From: a virus
Length of the DNA stretch: 64,000 nt
Reading direction: 5' to 3' (one strand)
Virus record (IMG/VR): IMGVR_UViG_3300032294_001228
Span: 32,001 to 96,000 of that record
Part shown: positions 39,344-48,182 of the stretch, piece after piece
Layout: each line of letters starts with the position of its first letter
Position numbering within the stretch: the stretch's first letter is position 1
Position numbers and translations under genes: made by a program
Notes under the pieces: model-generated
Told to the model about the DNA's origin: nothing
Seen by the model: only the letters and a program-made list of their open reading frames with translations
Databases searched by the model: none

Positions 39344-40201
39344 ATGGCTGATGCATATGAAACGTTAGGTGTGCCCAGAGGGGCATCTGAAGACGAGATC
39401 AAAAAAGCATATCGAAAACTAGCGGCAAAACATCACCCAGATCGTGGTGGTGATACTGCTAAGTTCCAAGAGATACAGACTGCTTACGATACTCTTTCAG
39501 ATCCTCACAAACGTGCCGCACACGATAATCCAAGTCCGTTTAGTCAATTTGACAACGGCAATGGCACTCATTTTGAATTTCATTTTGGACATGACAATAT
39601 CAATGACATATTCAGTCAGGTATTCCGTCAACATGGCCATCCATTTGGCGGACCAAACCCGTTCAATCAACGTCAGCCTAGACGCAACAAAGACCTAAGG
39701 GTACAATTACATATAAATCTTTCCGACACTTTAACGACACAGCGTAAAACCATAGCTGTGCAAACTACTAAAGGTGATCGCTACAGTGTAGATGTTGAAA
39801 TACCTCGAGGGATTAGTAACGGGACTACTATCAAGTATAGCGGTATGGGCGATAACATGTTTGATTCCTTGACAAGAGGAGATTTATATGTTATAATAGT
39901 TGTAAACAATGATACTTCGTTTGACATTCAAGGCGTAAATCTAATATACACAGCAACTATTGACAGTATTGATGCTATGTTAGGAACAGAAAAAATTATA
40001 CGTGGTATTGACGGTAAAGAATATTTAGTGAAAATACCGCAGGGATGTCAACCAGATACAAGGTTTGGTTTAGGCGGACAGGGGCTATTTCAAATGAATG
40101 CCACTGTGAGAGGTGATATAATAGTTGTTGTTAACATTGTAACTCCTTCACTGTCCCAAGAACAATTAAACATACTTAGAACCATTAGACCTATCAACTA
40201 A
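39344..40201 (+). CDS. DnaJ/CbpA-like co-chaperone (no Zn finger)
   Basis: J domain with HPD motif, G/F-rich region, C-terminal domain. Confidence 0.92.
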   Translation: MADAYETLGVPRGASEDEIKKAYRKLAAKHHPDRGGDTAKFQEIQTAYDTLSDPHKRAAHDNPSPFSQFDNGNGTHFEFHFGHDNINDIFSQVFRQHGHPFGGPNPFNQRQPRRNKDLRVQLHINLSDTLTTQRKTIAVQTTKGDRYSVDVEIPRGISNGTTIKYSGMGDNMFDSLTRGDLYVIIVVNNDTSFDIQGVNLIYTATIDSIDAMLGTEKIIRGIDGKEYLVKIPQGCQPDTRFGLGGQGLFQMNATVRGDIIVVVNIVTPSLSQEQLNILRTIRPIN

Positions 40202-40235
40202 ATATTTTATATTGAGGTGTACTTTGTCAGAAAAA

Positions 40236-42530
40236 ATGCGATCAAATCCTGAAATTGAAAAAATTATTAGTACTGCTTGTTTGTTAGCAAAAGAATACAG
40301 GCATCAATATGTTACCTTAGAACATCTATTGATTGCATTAATTGAATTTGAAAATTTCAATACTTTACTAATTGATTTTGGGGTTGATGTAGAAAACTTA
40401 TTGCGTGATCTCTACGATTATGTAGGTAAACAAGATAATCTTGCGACTTTAGAAGATACAGATGTAACTCCACAGCGCACACATGCACTAGAGCGTGTGT
40501 TCAATCGAGCATTTACACAAGTGTTGTTTAGTGCCCGCGAAGAAATGTTGCCTATTGATCTTTTTCTAAGCATAAGTCAAGAACCTCAAAGCCATGCAGC
40601 ATACTTCTTGCTGAAATGGGGTGTAGCACGTAAACAGCTAGTTGAATTTTTCACAGAAAGAAATGCCGACAAACTAGGCAAAAACACTAAACGCGAATCA
40701 AACAAAAAAGACTTTGCTGAAAAAATTCTTGACGAGTTCTGCACAAATCTAAACAAACAGGTCACAGAAGGTAAAATTGATCCTTTAATTGGGCGCCACA
40801 GCGAAGTTGAAGAAATCACACAGGTTCTAGCCCGTCGTCATAAATCAAACGTACTGATGATTGGTGATCCAGGTGTAGGTAAAACTGCTATCGCTGAAGG
40901 TTTAGCCTACAAAATTGTTAACGCCGACGTGCCAGAATATTTGAAACCATATACTGTATACAATCTTGAGATTGGTAACCTGCTAGCAGGCAGCAAGTAT
41001 CGCGGTGAGTTTGAAGAAAAACTCAAAGATGTCCTAGCCGCATTGAATGCCAAAGGCAACACGATCTTGTTTATTGATGAAGCACACCAAATGCAAGGTG
41101 CAGGTGCAGGCGGTAGCAGTAATGTAGACTTTGCTAACATGCTTAAACCAGCATTAGCCAAAGGTGGTATTAAAGTTATCGCTTCAACGACCTACGAAGA
41201 GTACACACAGTCATTTGAAAAAGATCGTGCTTTAATGCGCAGATTTTATAAACTAAACGTAGACGAGCCTACTCCGCAGATTGCTAAAGATATCTTGTAT
41301 GGTCTGCGCAATCACTTTGAAAAATTCCACGGTGGTGCCATTGCTGACGAAGCAATTGAATCAGCAGTCGATCTAAGTGTGCGTTATCAAACAGACAAAC
41401 GCTTACCCGACAAAGCTATTGACTTGATTGACATGAGTTGTGCCAAGGCTAAGATTGTAAATCAAGACTTTATAATTAGCCGTGAGGAAATTGTAGACAC
41501 TATCAGTAAAGCTACTAAAATTCCACGTGAGAATCTGATGTCAGAAAAAGCCAAAAGCAGTCTTATTAATTTAGAAGAAACTATTAAAGATCGACTATAC
41601 GGTCAAGACACGGCTGTTGAACAAGTACTAGAAAAGATCTATGTAGCCAAGGCCGGAATGAAAGCACATAATAAACCTGTGGGTAATTTCTTGTTCTTAG
41701 GACCAACCGGTACAGGTAAAACAGAATTATGTAAACTTTTAAGTGAAGCATTGGGTATGAAACTTATTCGCTTTGACATGAGTGAATATCAAGAGAAACA
41801 CTCAATGGCTAAACTTATTGGTGCGCCACCGGGCTATGTAGGTTACGAAGATGGCAACCTAGGTGGTGGCTTGCTGATCAGCGAAATCGAACGCAACCCA
41901 CATGCTATTATCTTGCTAGATGAAATCGAAAAAGCGCACCCGGACATCAGTAACTTGTTGCTACAGATCATGGATGAAGGCACTATCACAGGATCCAATG
42001 GTAAAAAAGCAGATGCACGTCATTGTATTCTAATCTTAACTTCAAACTTAGGTGCGGCAGACGGTGAAGCTAATGCTATCGGCTTTGGACGCAGTTTAAC
42101 CAAAGAAGGCACAGATGATGAAGCCGCTAAGAAATTCTTTAAACCAGAGTTCCGCAATAGGCTTGATGCTGTAGTTAAATTTAGTAAACTTGATAAGATG
42201 GCTATGAAGAAAATCGTTGTTAAATTCTTAAATGAACTTAATACTTTGTTAGTAGAAAAAAATATCAAGATTAATGCAACCGAGGCGTTAATAGATCACC
42301 TAGCAGAAGTTGGTTTTGACCCTGCAATGGGTGCTCGTCCTCTACAACGTAAAATTAATGAACTAATTAAGGTACCGTTGAGTAAGAGAATTTTATTTGA
42401 TCACATTGAAGATGGTAGTGTGATTACAGCAGACTGGACCGATGATACTGTTAAGTTTACAGTTGCGGCACCTGTATTAGACCTACTCGAAAACAAAACT
42501 GTAGATGAAAACGGTATCATAGTAGTATAA
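40236..42530 (+). CDS. clpA: ClpA-like AAA+ chaperone
   Basis: Clp-N domain, GDPGVGKT, GPTGTGKT, RFDMSEY, GAPPGYVG, IGF ClpP-docking motif, no ClpB M-domain. Confidence 0.9.
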   Translation: MRSNPEIEKIISTACLLAKEYRHQYVTLEHLLIALIEFENFNTLLIDFGVDVENLLRDLYDYVGKQDNLATLEDTDVTPQRTHALERVFNRAFTQVLFSAREEMLPIDLFLSISQEPQSHAAYFLLKWGVARKQLVEFFTERNADKLGKNTKRESNKKDFAEKILDEFCTNLNKQVTEGKIDPLIGRHSEVEEITQVLARRHKSNVLMIGDPGVGKTAIAEGLAYKIVNADVPEYLKPYTVYNLEIGNLLAGSKYRGEFEEKLKDVLAALNAKGNTILFIDEAHQMQGAGAGGSSNVDFANMLKPALAKGGIKVIASTTYEEYTQSFEKDRALMRRFYKLNVDEPTPQIAKDILYGLRNHFEKFHGGAIADEAIESAVDLSVRYQTDKRLPDKAIDLIDMSCAKAKIVNQDFIISREEIVDTISKATKIPRENLMSEKAKSSLINLEETIKDRLYGQDTAVEQVLEKIYVAKAGMKAHNKPVGNFLFLGPTGTGKTELCKLLSEALGMKLIRFDMSEYQEKHSMAKLIGAPPGYVGYEDGNLGGGLLISEIERNPHAIILLDEIEKAHPDISNLLLQIMDEGTITGSNGKKADARHCILILTSNLGAADGEANAIGFGRSLTKEGTDDEAAKKFFKPEFRNRLDAVVKFSKLDKMAMKKIVVKFLNELNTLLVEKNIKINATEALIDHLAEVGFDPAMGARPLQRKINELIKVPLSKRILFDHIEDGSVITADWTDDTVKFTVAAPVLDLLENKTVDENGIIVV

Positions 42531-42593
42531 TAATTTTACAGCCTAATTTGTGTCCGATAAATAATATGAGTATATTATTAAGGAATCACAATC

Positions 42594-42755
42594 GTGGCAA
42601 AATTACATGAAGAAGTAATAGTAATTAAGGTAAGTAAATTACTCAAGGACAATGAACAAGCTGCACCTATCTTAGCTGGCGAAGTTGCTAGTTTAGAAGC
42701 AGTAGTACAAGAACTAGCAGGTGCTAATACCCTAGTTGAAATTCAAGTAGCATAA
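42594..42755 (+). CDS. Small hypothetical protein, 53 aa (not in ORF track)
   Basis: GTG start with AAGGA RBS after ATAAATA (42557-42563): MAKLHEEVIVIKVSKLLKD...VEIQVA. Confidence 0.7.
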   Translation: MAKLHEEVIVIKVSKLLKDNEQAAPILAGEVASLEAVVQELAGANTLVEIQVA

Positions 42756-42780
42756 TTTTACATTTAAAGGTAGATTTTCA

Positions 42781-43623
42781 ATGAGCAAACAATCAAAACG
42801 TATCAAACCTAATTCACCCAGCATGATCAAAGCTGCACCTGGTGTACCTATGCAGATGCCAGCAGGTGGGCAATCTCAAGGTCAACCATTTGACTTTACC
42901 AAAGTGCATATTCACTTTGGTATTCCTTGTTATGGTGGTCAGATTACAGAACCTTGTTTTACAAGTTTCTTACGTTTCATCTTAATGGCATCACGTAGTG
43001 GGTTACAATGGTCATTAGACACTATGGTTAATGAGAGTTTAGTAACACGTGCCCGTAACAACCTAATGGCTAAGATGATGACTAATCAGGCTGCTACACA
43101 CTTCATGTTTATTGATGCTGACATTCGTTTCCAACCAGAAGCGATCTTCATGATGTTGGCTGCAGATAAAGATGTTATCGGTGGATTATATCCTAAAAAA
43201 GCATTGCCAATTAGCTATGTAATTAATGTCAAACCTGGTACACAGATCATCAACGACATTTTCCCAGTAGATACCATGGGCACAGGCTTTATGATGTTTA
43301 AACGTCACGTATATGAGAAACTCTGCGCTGCTCATCCAGAGACCAAATACGTAGACGATGTTGGTCTAGGCAAACAATACGAGCCAACTATGTATTCAAT
43401 CTTTGATACTGAAATCGACGAAAAAGGTCACTATCTAAGTGAAGACTGGACATTCTGTCGTCGTTGGGCAAAATTAGGTGGTGAGATCTATGCTCATGCT
43501 AAGGTATTATTGAACCATAGTGGTCATTATGAGTTTGCTGGTGATTTAAGTGTATTAACAGGTGGTAAACCAAGCATGCCTGATATCACTCCAGCTCAGA
43601 TGGAAGCCAAAAAAGCACAATAA
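42781..43623 (+). CDS. GT-A fold glycosyltransferase-like protein
   Basis: IPCYGG, ESLVTRARN, FMFIDADI, GTGFMM, YLSEDW.FC. Confidence 0.75.
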   Translation: MSKQSKRIKPNSPSMIKAAPGVPMQMPAGGQSQGQPFDFTKVHIHFGIPCYGGQITEPCFTSFLRFILMASRSGLQWSLDTMVNESLVTRARNNLMAKMMTNQAATHFMFIDADIRFQPEAIFMMLAADKDVIGGLYPKKALPISYVINVKPGTQIINDIFPVDTMGTGFMMFKRHVYEKLCAAHPETKYVDDVGLGKQYEPTMYSIFDTEIDEKGHYLSEDWTFCRRWAKLGGEIYAHAKVLLNHSGHYEFAGDLSVLTGGKPSMPDITPAQMEAKKAQ

Positions 43624-43625
43624 TA

Positions 43626-44072
43626 ATGCAAGAAGAAAATCTTGAGTTTAAAATCAGCTTAACAGGAACTTTTTGGGATCGACGTCCACAGTTCTCTGTT
43701 TGGCTTGATGATCATGTGGTTATACAAAGTGAAATAGCTGGAGCCGCTGAACAGATAGTCAGTTTTGAGCGTAGGATCAGCAAAGGTGCACATGAACTTA
43801 AGATCCGTTTAGAAAACAAAACCAACGGTGATACTGTCGTAGAAAATGGCCAAGTAGTCAAAGACATGCTATTGAATATAGATGATATTACTATAGATGA
43901 TATCAGTCTAGGCAACTTACTTTGGTCCGCTGAATATGTGTTAGATCGTCCACAATTATATAAAGGCCAGGAAATAGACCATCTAGATGGCTGTGTTAAT
44001 CTTGGGTGGAATGGTACATATATGCTTAAATTTACTAGTCCATTTTATATCTGGTTACTTGAGAAACTCTAA
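43626..44072 (+). CDS. Hypothetical protein
   Basis: In-operon; C-terminal F.SPFYIWLLE. Confidence 0.65.
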   Translation: MQEENLEFKISLTGTFWDRRPQFSVWLDDHVVIQSEIAGAAEQIVSFERRISKGAHELKIRLENKTNGDTVVENGQVVKDMLLNIDDITIDDISLGNLLWSAEYVLDRPQLYKGQEIDHLDGCVNLGWNGTYMLKFTSPFYIWLLEKL

Positions 44073-44102
44073 GATAAATATAGTAACATCTACGGATTTA
44101 CT

Positions 44103-44822
44103 ATGTTTCTAATTGAAGTTCTTAAAGATAAACCTCGCAAACCAGTAGCATTCTGCTATGGTCGCGTCAATCCTCCTACTATAGGTCATGCGAGACTATT
44201 TAATACTACTGCACGTGCTAGTATGGGTGGTGACTATTGGATATTCTTAAGCCATACACAAGATCCCAAGAAAAATCCCCTAGATTACAATACCAAAGTA
44301 GATTTCGTCAAGGCCATGTTTCCACAGCATGCTGATCATGTTAGCACTGGTGGATTAAAGACTATCATGCAGATCTTAGAATTCCTATATCATCAAAATT
44401 ATACAGATATAACTTACGTATGTGGTAATGATAGATTACCAACATTTACTAAACTATTAAACGATTATAATGGACTAGAAGGTAAACCCACTTATTTTAA
44501 ATTTGACAGTATCAATGTGGTCAGTAGTGGCCCAAGAGACCCAGATGATGATGGTATCGCTGGTGTTAGTGCTAGTGCTGCCCGTAAAGCTGCTGTTGAA
44601 AAAGATTTTGAAAAATTTAAAGAAATTACTGGAGCAGGTCGTTACGCTAAACAACTATATCGCGCAGTACGCAAGGGTATGAATATATTTAATGAAGATA
44701 CCAGCGGCTATATACCCAAGAATAAGAAAGAAGCCAAGGACCCACGTTGGTCAAATGCGCTTACTGTAGATGTACATCCAGATACTCCCAACAAAAACAT
44801 GAAGGCACTTGGTTTGATATAA
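44103..44822 (+). CDS. HIGH-type cytidylyl/nucleotidyltransferase
   Basis: GRVNPPTIGH, KKNPL, G.DR, VSASAAR; late promoter at 44074-44080. Confidence 0.82.
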   Translation: MFLIEVLKDKPRKPVAFCYGRVNPPTIGHARLFNTTARASMGGDYWIFLSHTQDPKKNPLDYNTKVDFVKAMFPQHADHVSTGGLKTIMQILEFLYHQNYTDITYVCGNDRLPTFTKLLNDYNGLEGKPTYFKFDSINVVSSGPRDPDDDGIAGVSASAARKAAVEKDFEKFKEITGAGRYAKQLYRAVRKGMNIFNEDTSGYIPKNKKEAKDPRWSNALTVDVHPDTPNKNMKALGLI

Positions 44823-44831
44823 GTTTATAAA

Positions 44832-45173
44832 ATGATTGTCAAACTCTCAGTTGAAGTCCATTGCCAAAAGCTACTCGATGATGGACCTCATCTTAAATAC
44901 AAAAATCAAAAACCTAGTAGATATCGAATTTATATTGACGATGATCTTATGACCGAACGCAACTGGATATGGGATCAAAATACTTTTATATGCGAAAATC
45001 TACTAGTAGACCTCCCAACAAATTCGTCACACAATATACGAGTAGATGTTCTTAATTATAGTGATATTGTAGGATATCGAATACAGTTAGGGCTTGGTAA
45101 TCTTATCGTTGATGGTATTCAACAAGATTTTTCCAATGATCACAGAGCTCAATTATCTTTTACAATAGCATAA
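44832..45173 (+). CDS. Hypothetical protein
   Basis: YRIYIDDDLMTERNW. Confidence 0.6.
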   Translation: MIVKLSVEVHCQKLLDDGPHLKYKNQKPSRYRIYIDDDLMTERNWIWDQNTFICENLLVDLPTNSSHNIRVDVLNYSDIVGYRIQLGLGNLIVDGIQQDFSNDHRAQLSFTIA

Positions 45174-45181
45174 ATATACAT

Positions 45182-45349
45182 ATGAAAATATACGAAATAC
45201 TAGAAGATAAGAAACTTAAAGAAGATGCCAGCAGCGGGGGTACAAGTTCAGGCGCTGTGGCTACTAGCATGGGTGGTGGTGCTGGATTTGGTACTAGTAT
45301 TTTTATGCGCAGAAACCCTACACCAAAAAAGAACAAGGGTAAAAAGTAA
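45182..45349 (+). CDS. Small putative head-internal protein, 55 aa (not in ORF track)
   Basis: MKIYEILEDKKLKEDASSGGTSSGAVATSMGGGAGFGTSIFMRRNPTPKKNKGKK; ATAAATA at 45170-45176; TAATG-coupled to dps. Confidence 0.7.
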   Translation: MKIYEILEDKKLKEDASSGGTSSGAVATSMGGGAGFGTSIFMRRNPTPKKNKGKK

Positions 45350-45786
45350 TGGACAAGTTTGCTAACCAATTAAAAATCGCATTTGCTAGCCAATATGCAT
45401 TTGCTATCAAGGCACAAAACTTCCACTGGAACGTAGAAGGCAGTGATTTCTATCAACTGCACAACATGTTCGAAGATATCTATAACGAAGTATATGGAAC
45501 CATTGATGCATTTGCTGAAAACATCCGCAAGATCAAATCATATACACCGGCTAGCTTATATCGCTTTTCAGCACTGTCAGCGGTAGATGATGAAACCGCT
45601 GTACTAGACCCACAAGCCATGGTACAAGAATTATTGCGTGATGCAGAAAAAATGCAGGAGATCATGAAAGTGTTATTCCAAGAATCGGAAGCTCGCCGTG
45701 AGCACGGACTTAGCGATTTTCTAGCAGGACGTCAAGATGCATTCGCTAAACACGCTTGGTTCTTGAGATCAACAGCAAAGGTATAA
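45349..45786 (+). CDS. dps: Dps DNA-protection ferritin
   Basis: KAQNFHWNVEG.DF.QLH..FE..Y......D..AE.IR; KHAWFLRS. Confidence 0.92.
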   Translation: MDKFANQLKIAFASQYAFAIKAQNFHWNVEGSDFYQLHNMFEDIYNEVYGTIDAFAENIRKIKSYTPASLYRFSALSAVDDETAVLDPQAMVQELLRDAEKMQEIMKVLFQESEARREHGLSDFLAGRQDAFAKHAWFLRSTAKV

Positions 45787-45787
45787 C

Positions 45788-47269
45788 ATGGATATTAAAA
45801 ATTTATTAGAAAAGATTGATCAGTTCGCCGGTCAAGCAGTTGGTCAAAAGCCTGGTGATCAATGGCGTGGAAGTGATAAAGCACCTCCAGGTAAAAAACT
45901 AGTAGGCGACAGTATCCTAAAAGATTTGTCAAAAGGCAAAACACCTAAGTCCAAAGCAGAAGAACTAGCAGAAGAATACCAAGCATTCCTAGAAGCAGAA
46001 TTCAAAGACACAGTAGATAAACGTCCAGCACGTAAAAATGCTCGTCCAAGTCGTGGTCATGCACCACAACCAGGTTATAAAACTGTCAAAGCAGACGAAA
46101 GCTACATGAGCGACAAAGATATTGAATTACAAGATTATCGTTCAATGACTAATCAAGAATTCCAAACTGCATATGGTATTAGCAAGATGGAATGGATCAA
46201 TCAAAACAAAGCAATAGTCATACAAAATCCTGATCTTAAACGAGCTTTAGGATTAGAAGAAGGTTGGGAAAGCGGCCCTGAAGAATACAAAGAACCCTAT
46301 GATGATGCAGATGATGCATATGACCGTATGCGTCAAGAAAAGATTGACACAGAAGCGGAAAAGGAATGGGCTAAGTTACCTAAAGTTTCAACATATAAAC
46401 TAATTGGTCGTGGTCCTAACATGGAACCAAACTATGAGTTTGGTGATGAGTTTGACTCAATGGAACAGGCACTAGAATACCGTGCTAAGATCATGAAGGA
46501 TCCCGATACACCACATCCAGAACACATTGGCATTAGAACTATTACTAGAGTTGTAGACAAACAACAAACTAATGAAGCAGTTTATACAGCACCAAGAAAT
46601 CAAGAAGATTATGATGCTAAGATGACTGCATTACAAGATTTACAAATGGATCCGAATACAGCTAATGATCCAGAGTTACAAAAGAAAATCATCATCTATA
46701 TGGATAATCTACAAAAGATAGCGCATCAAAAAGGTTGGGCGACTCAATCTGCAGCAGAAAGCCGTGGTCATAAAATTATTGCTAATAAACTAAAAGATAT
46801 TGAACTCAGTAAAAAACCTCCAGTAGAGGTAGATCAAAAACAGCGCAAAGCCCAGGCCCGTGCAGAGTATGCAAAATATGTGGCCAAAATGCGTAAAATT
46901 AACCCTGATTATGTGCCATTATACAAAATGGACGAAGCTGGTGCTAATAACCCTCCTCAACAAAATATTTCTGATAAAACAACTGCTACGCCTCAACAGC
47001 AACAACAGATCAAAAATGTAGCACAAGGCACACAGGCACTCAAAGCCGCAGTTGGAGCCAGTGCATCAACTGATGTATTAGCCAAAGCGATTGATTCTGC
47101 TAGCAAAGGTACTGCTATAGACGCTACCAGTGCCAAGGCTTTAGAACCAATGATGGATGTGATCAAACAAGCAGCACAAGATCCTAATCTAGCTAACCAA
47201 TTTAAGTCGTTAGCTAGCCAAGCTAAAACTAGTGCTGCAAAACAGCAAACTCAACAGCAAAAATCCTAA
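45788..47269 (+). CDS. Modular low-complexity protein, putative processed head polyprotein
   Basis: MDIKNLLE leader; short unrelated segments joined at ADE-S, LEE-G, TNE-A, AAE-S, MDE-A. Confidence 0.6.
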   Translation: MDIKNLLEKIDQFAGQAVGQKPGDQWRGSDKAPPGKKLVGDSILKDLSKGKTPKSKAEELAEEYQAFLEAEFKDTVDKRPARKNARPSRGHAPQPGYKTVKADESYMSDKDIELQDYRSMTNQEFQTAYGISKMEWINQNKAIVIQNPDLKRALGLEEGWESGPEEYKEPYDDADDAYDRMRQEKIDTEAEKEWAKLPKVSTYKLIGRGPNMEPNYEFGDEFDSMEQALEYRAKIMKDPDTPHPEHIGIRTITRVVDKQQTNEAVYTAPRNQEDYDAKMTALQDLQMDPNTANDPELQKKIIIYMDNLQKIAHQKGWATQSAAESRGHKIIANKLKDIELSKKPPVEVDQKQRKAQARAEYAKYVAKMRKINPDYVPLYKMDEAGANNPPQQNISDKTTATPQQQQQIKNVAQGTQALKAAVGASASTDVLAKAIDSASKGTAIDATSAKALEPMMDVIKQAAQDPNLANQFKSLASQAKTSAAKQQTQQQKS

Positions 47270-47280
47270 TAAACTGTAGA

Positions 47281-47724
47281 TTAATCGTCGGATTCTTCAT
47301 AATTTGCTATAGTATTACCTGTGGTCTGCAGATCTTTGTCTAGACGTTTAATGTAGGTTTTGGCACTAGCTAACTTATTAAACATACGAGTTGATCTCTT
47401 GCCATCTAGATAAACACTAAATTTTTTACCATCAGTCTTGACTTCTGCATTTACAGCCTTTAGATACCCTATTTTAGCAGTATATACTGGTGGTAGGTCT
47501 ATCAATGTATCAAAACCAAGCAAAATACTACCGCCTTTTTGACCAACTTTTACTAGATTTTGTGTAAATTCTCCGCTGGTATTTGCTGTACGCATAATCA
47601 GTGCCGCAGTGCGCACATCCATAGTTTGAATGAATCCTTCCTCATCCACCCAAAAATCTACACCTTCTTCGCGACCTTGATATGGATCTGTAATTACTTC
47701 TAATAGATTCTCTAGTTGTGTCAT
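47281..47724 (-). CDS. Hypothetical protein (early gene, opposite strand)
   Basis: Own sigma70 promoter at 47762-47790. Confidence 0.7.
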   Translation of the reverse strand: MTQLENLLEVITDPYQGREEGVDFWVDEEGFIQTMDVRTAALIMRTANTSGEFTQNLVKVGQKGGSILLGFDTLIDLPPVYTAKIGYLKAVNAEVKTDGKKFSVYLDGKRSTRMFNKLASAKTYIKRLDKDLQTTGNTIANYEESDD

Positions 47725-47761
47725 GATTTAACCAATACCCTGAGTTGTTGATAATATAGGA

Positions 47762-47790
47762 ATTATAACATCTTTGTTTAACTTTGTCAA
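47762..47790 (-). promoter_or_regulatory. Sigma70-type promoter
   Basis: Reverse complement reads TTGACA-17-TATAAT with extended -10 TG. Confidence 0.9.
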
Positions 47791-47828
47791 GACTTTTATT
47801 GTTGATAAATACTCTATAGAGGAATCAT

Positions 47829-48179
47829 ATGCGAATTACTGATTTATTTGAATACAATGCATGGCATGGTACTGATGATCAATGGTACAGCCAAAGCTCA
47901 GATCCTTGGTATAACGGTAACGATCAATGGCACGGTAAAGATAGCGGTAACATGATGGAAGAAGATTTTGCAGTGGCCAACATCGTAGCCACAGAAGGCA
48001 CAGCAGAATTCAGCGATATTGTTACAGCCAGAGAGTTAATTGGGTCAGCAGCACGTGATCCGCAGAACGAAAAGCACAAATATTTTGAATTCCTCAAACA
48101 TTTAAGAACTAAACACGGTGCAGAATATAGTACTCGTGTACATCAAAAAGCCGCAGAGCTAGCAAGACAAAAGGCATAA
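47829..48179 (+). CDS. Hypothetical late protein with MRITDLFE leader
   Basis: ATAAATA at 47805-47811, GAGGA RBS; W(H/Y)-spaced repeats. Confidence 0.65.
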   Translation: MRITDLFEYNAWHGTDDQWYSQSSDPWYNGNDQWHGKDSGNMMEEDFAVANIVATEGTAEFSDIVTARELIGSAARDPQNEKHKYFEFLKHLRTKHGAEYSTRVHQKAAELARQKA

Positions 48180-48182
48180 CCA

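Noticed and set aside
45160-45369. Minus-strand 69-aa ORF in the track
   Set aside because: The plus-strand 55-aa ORF at 45182-45349 has a late promoter, a leader motif and coupling to dps, and explains the region better.
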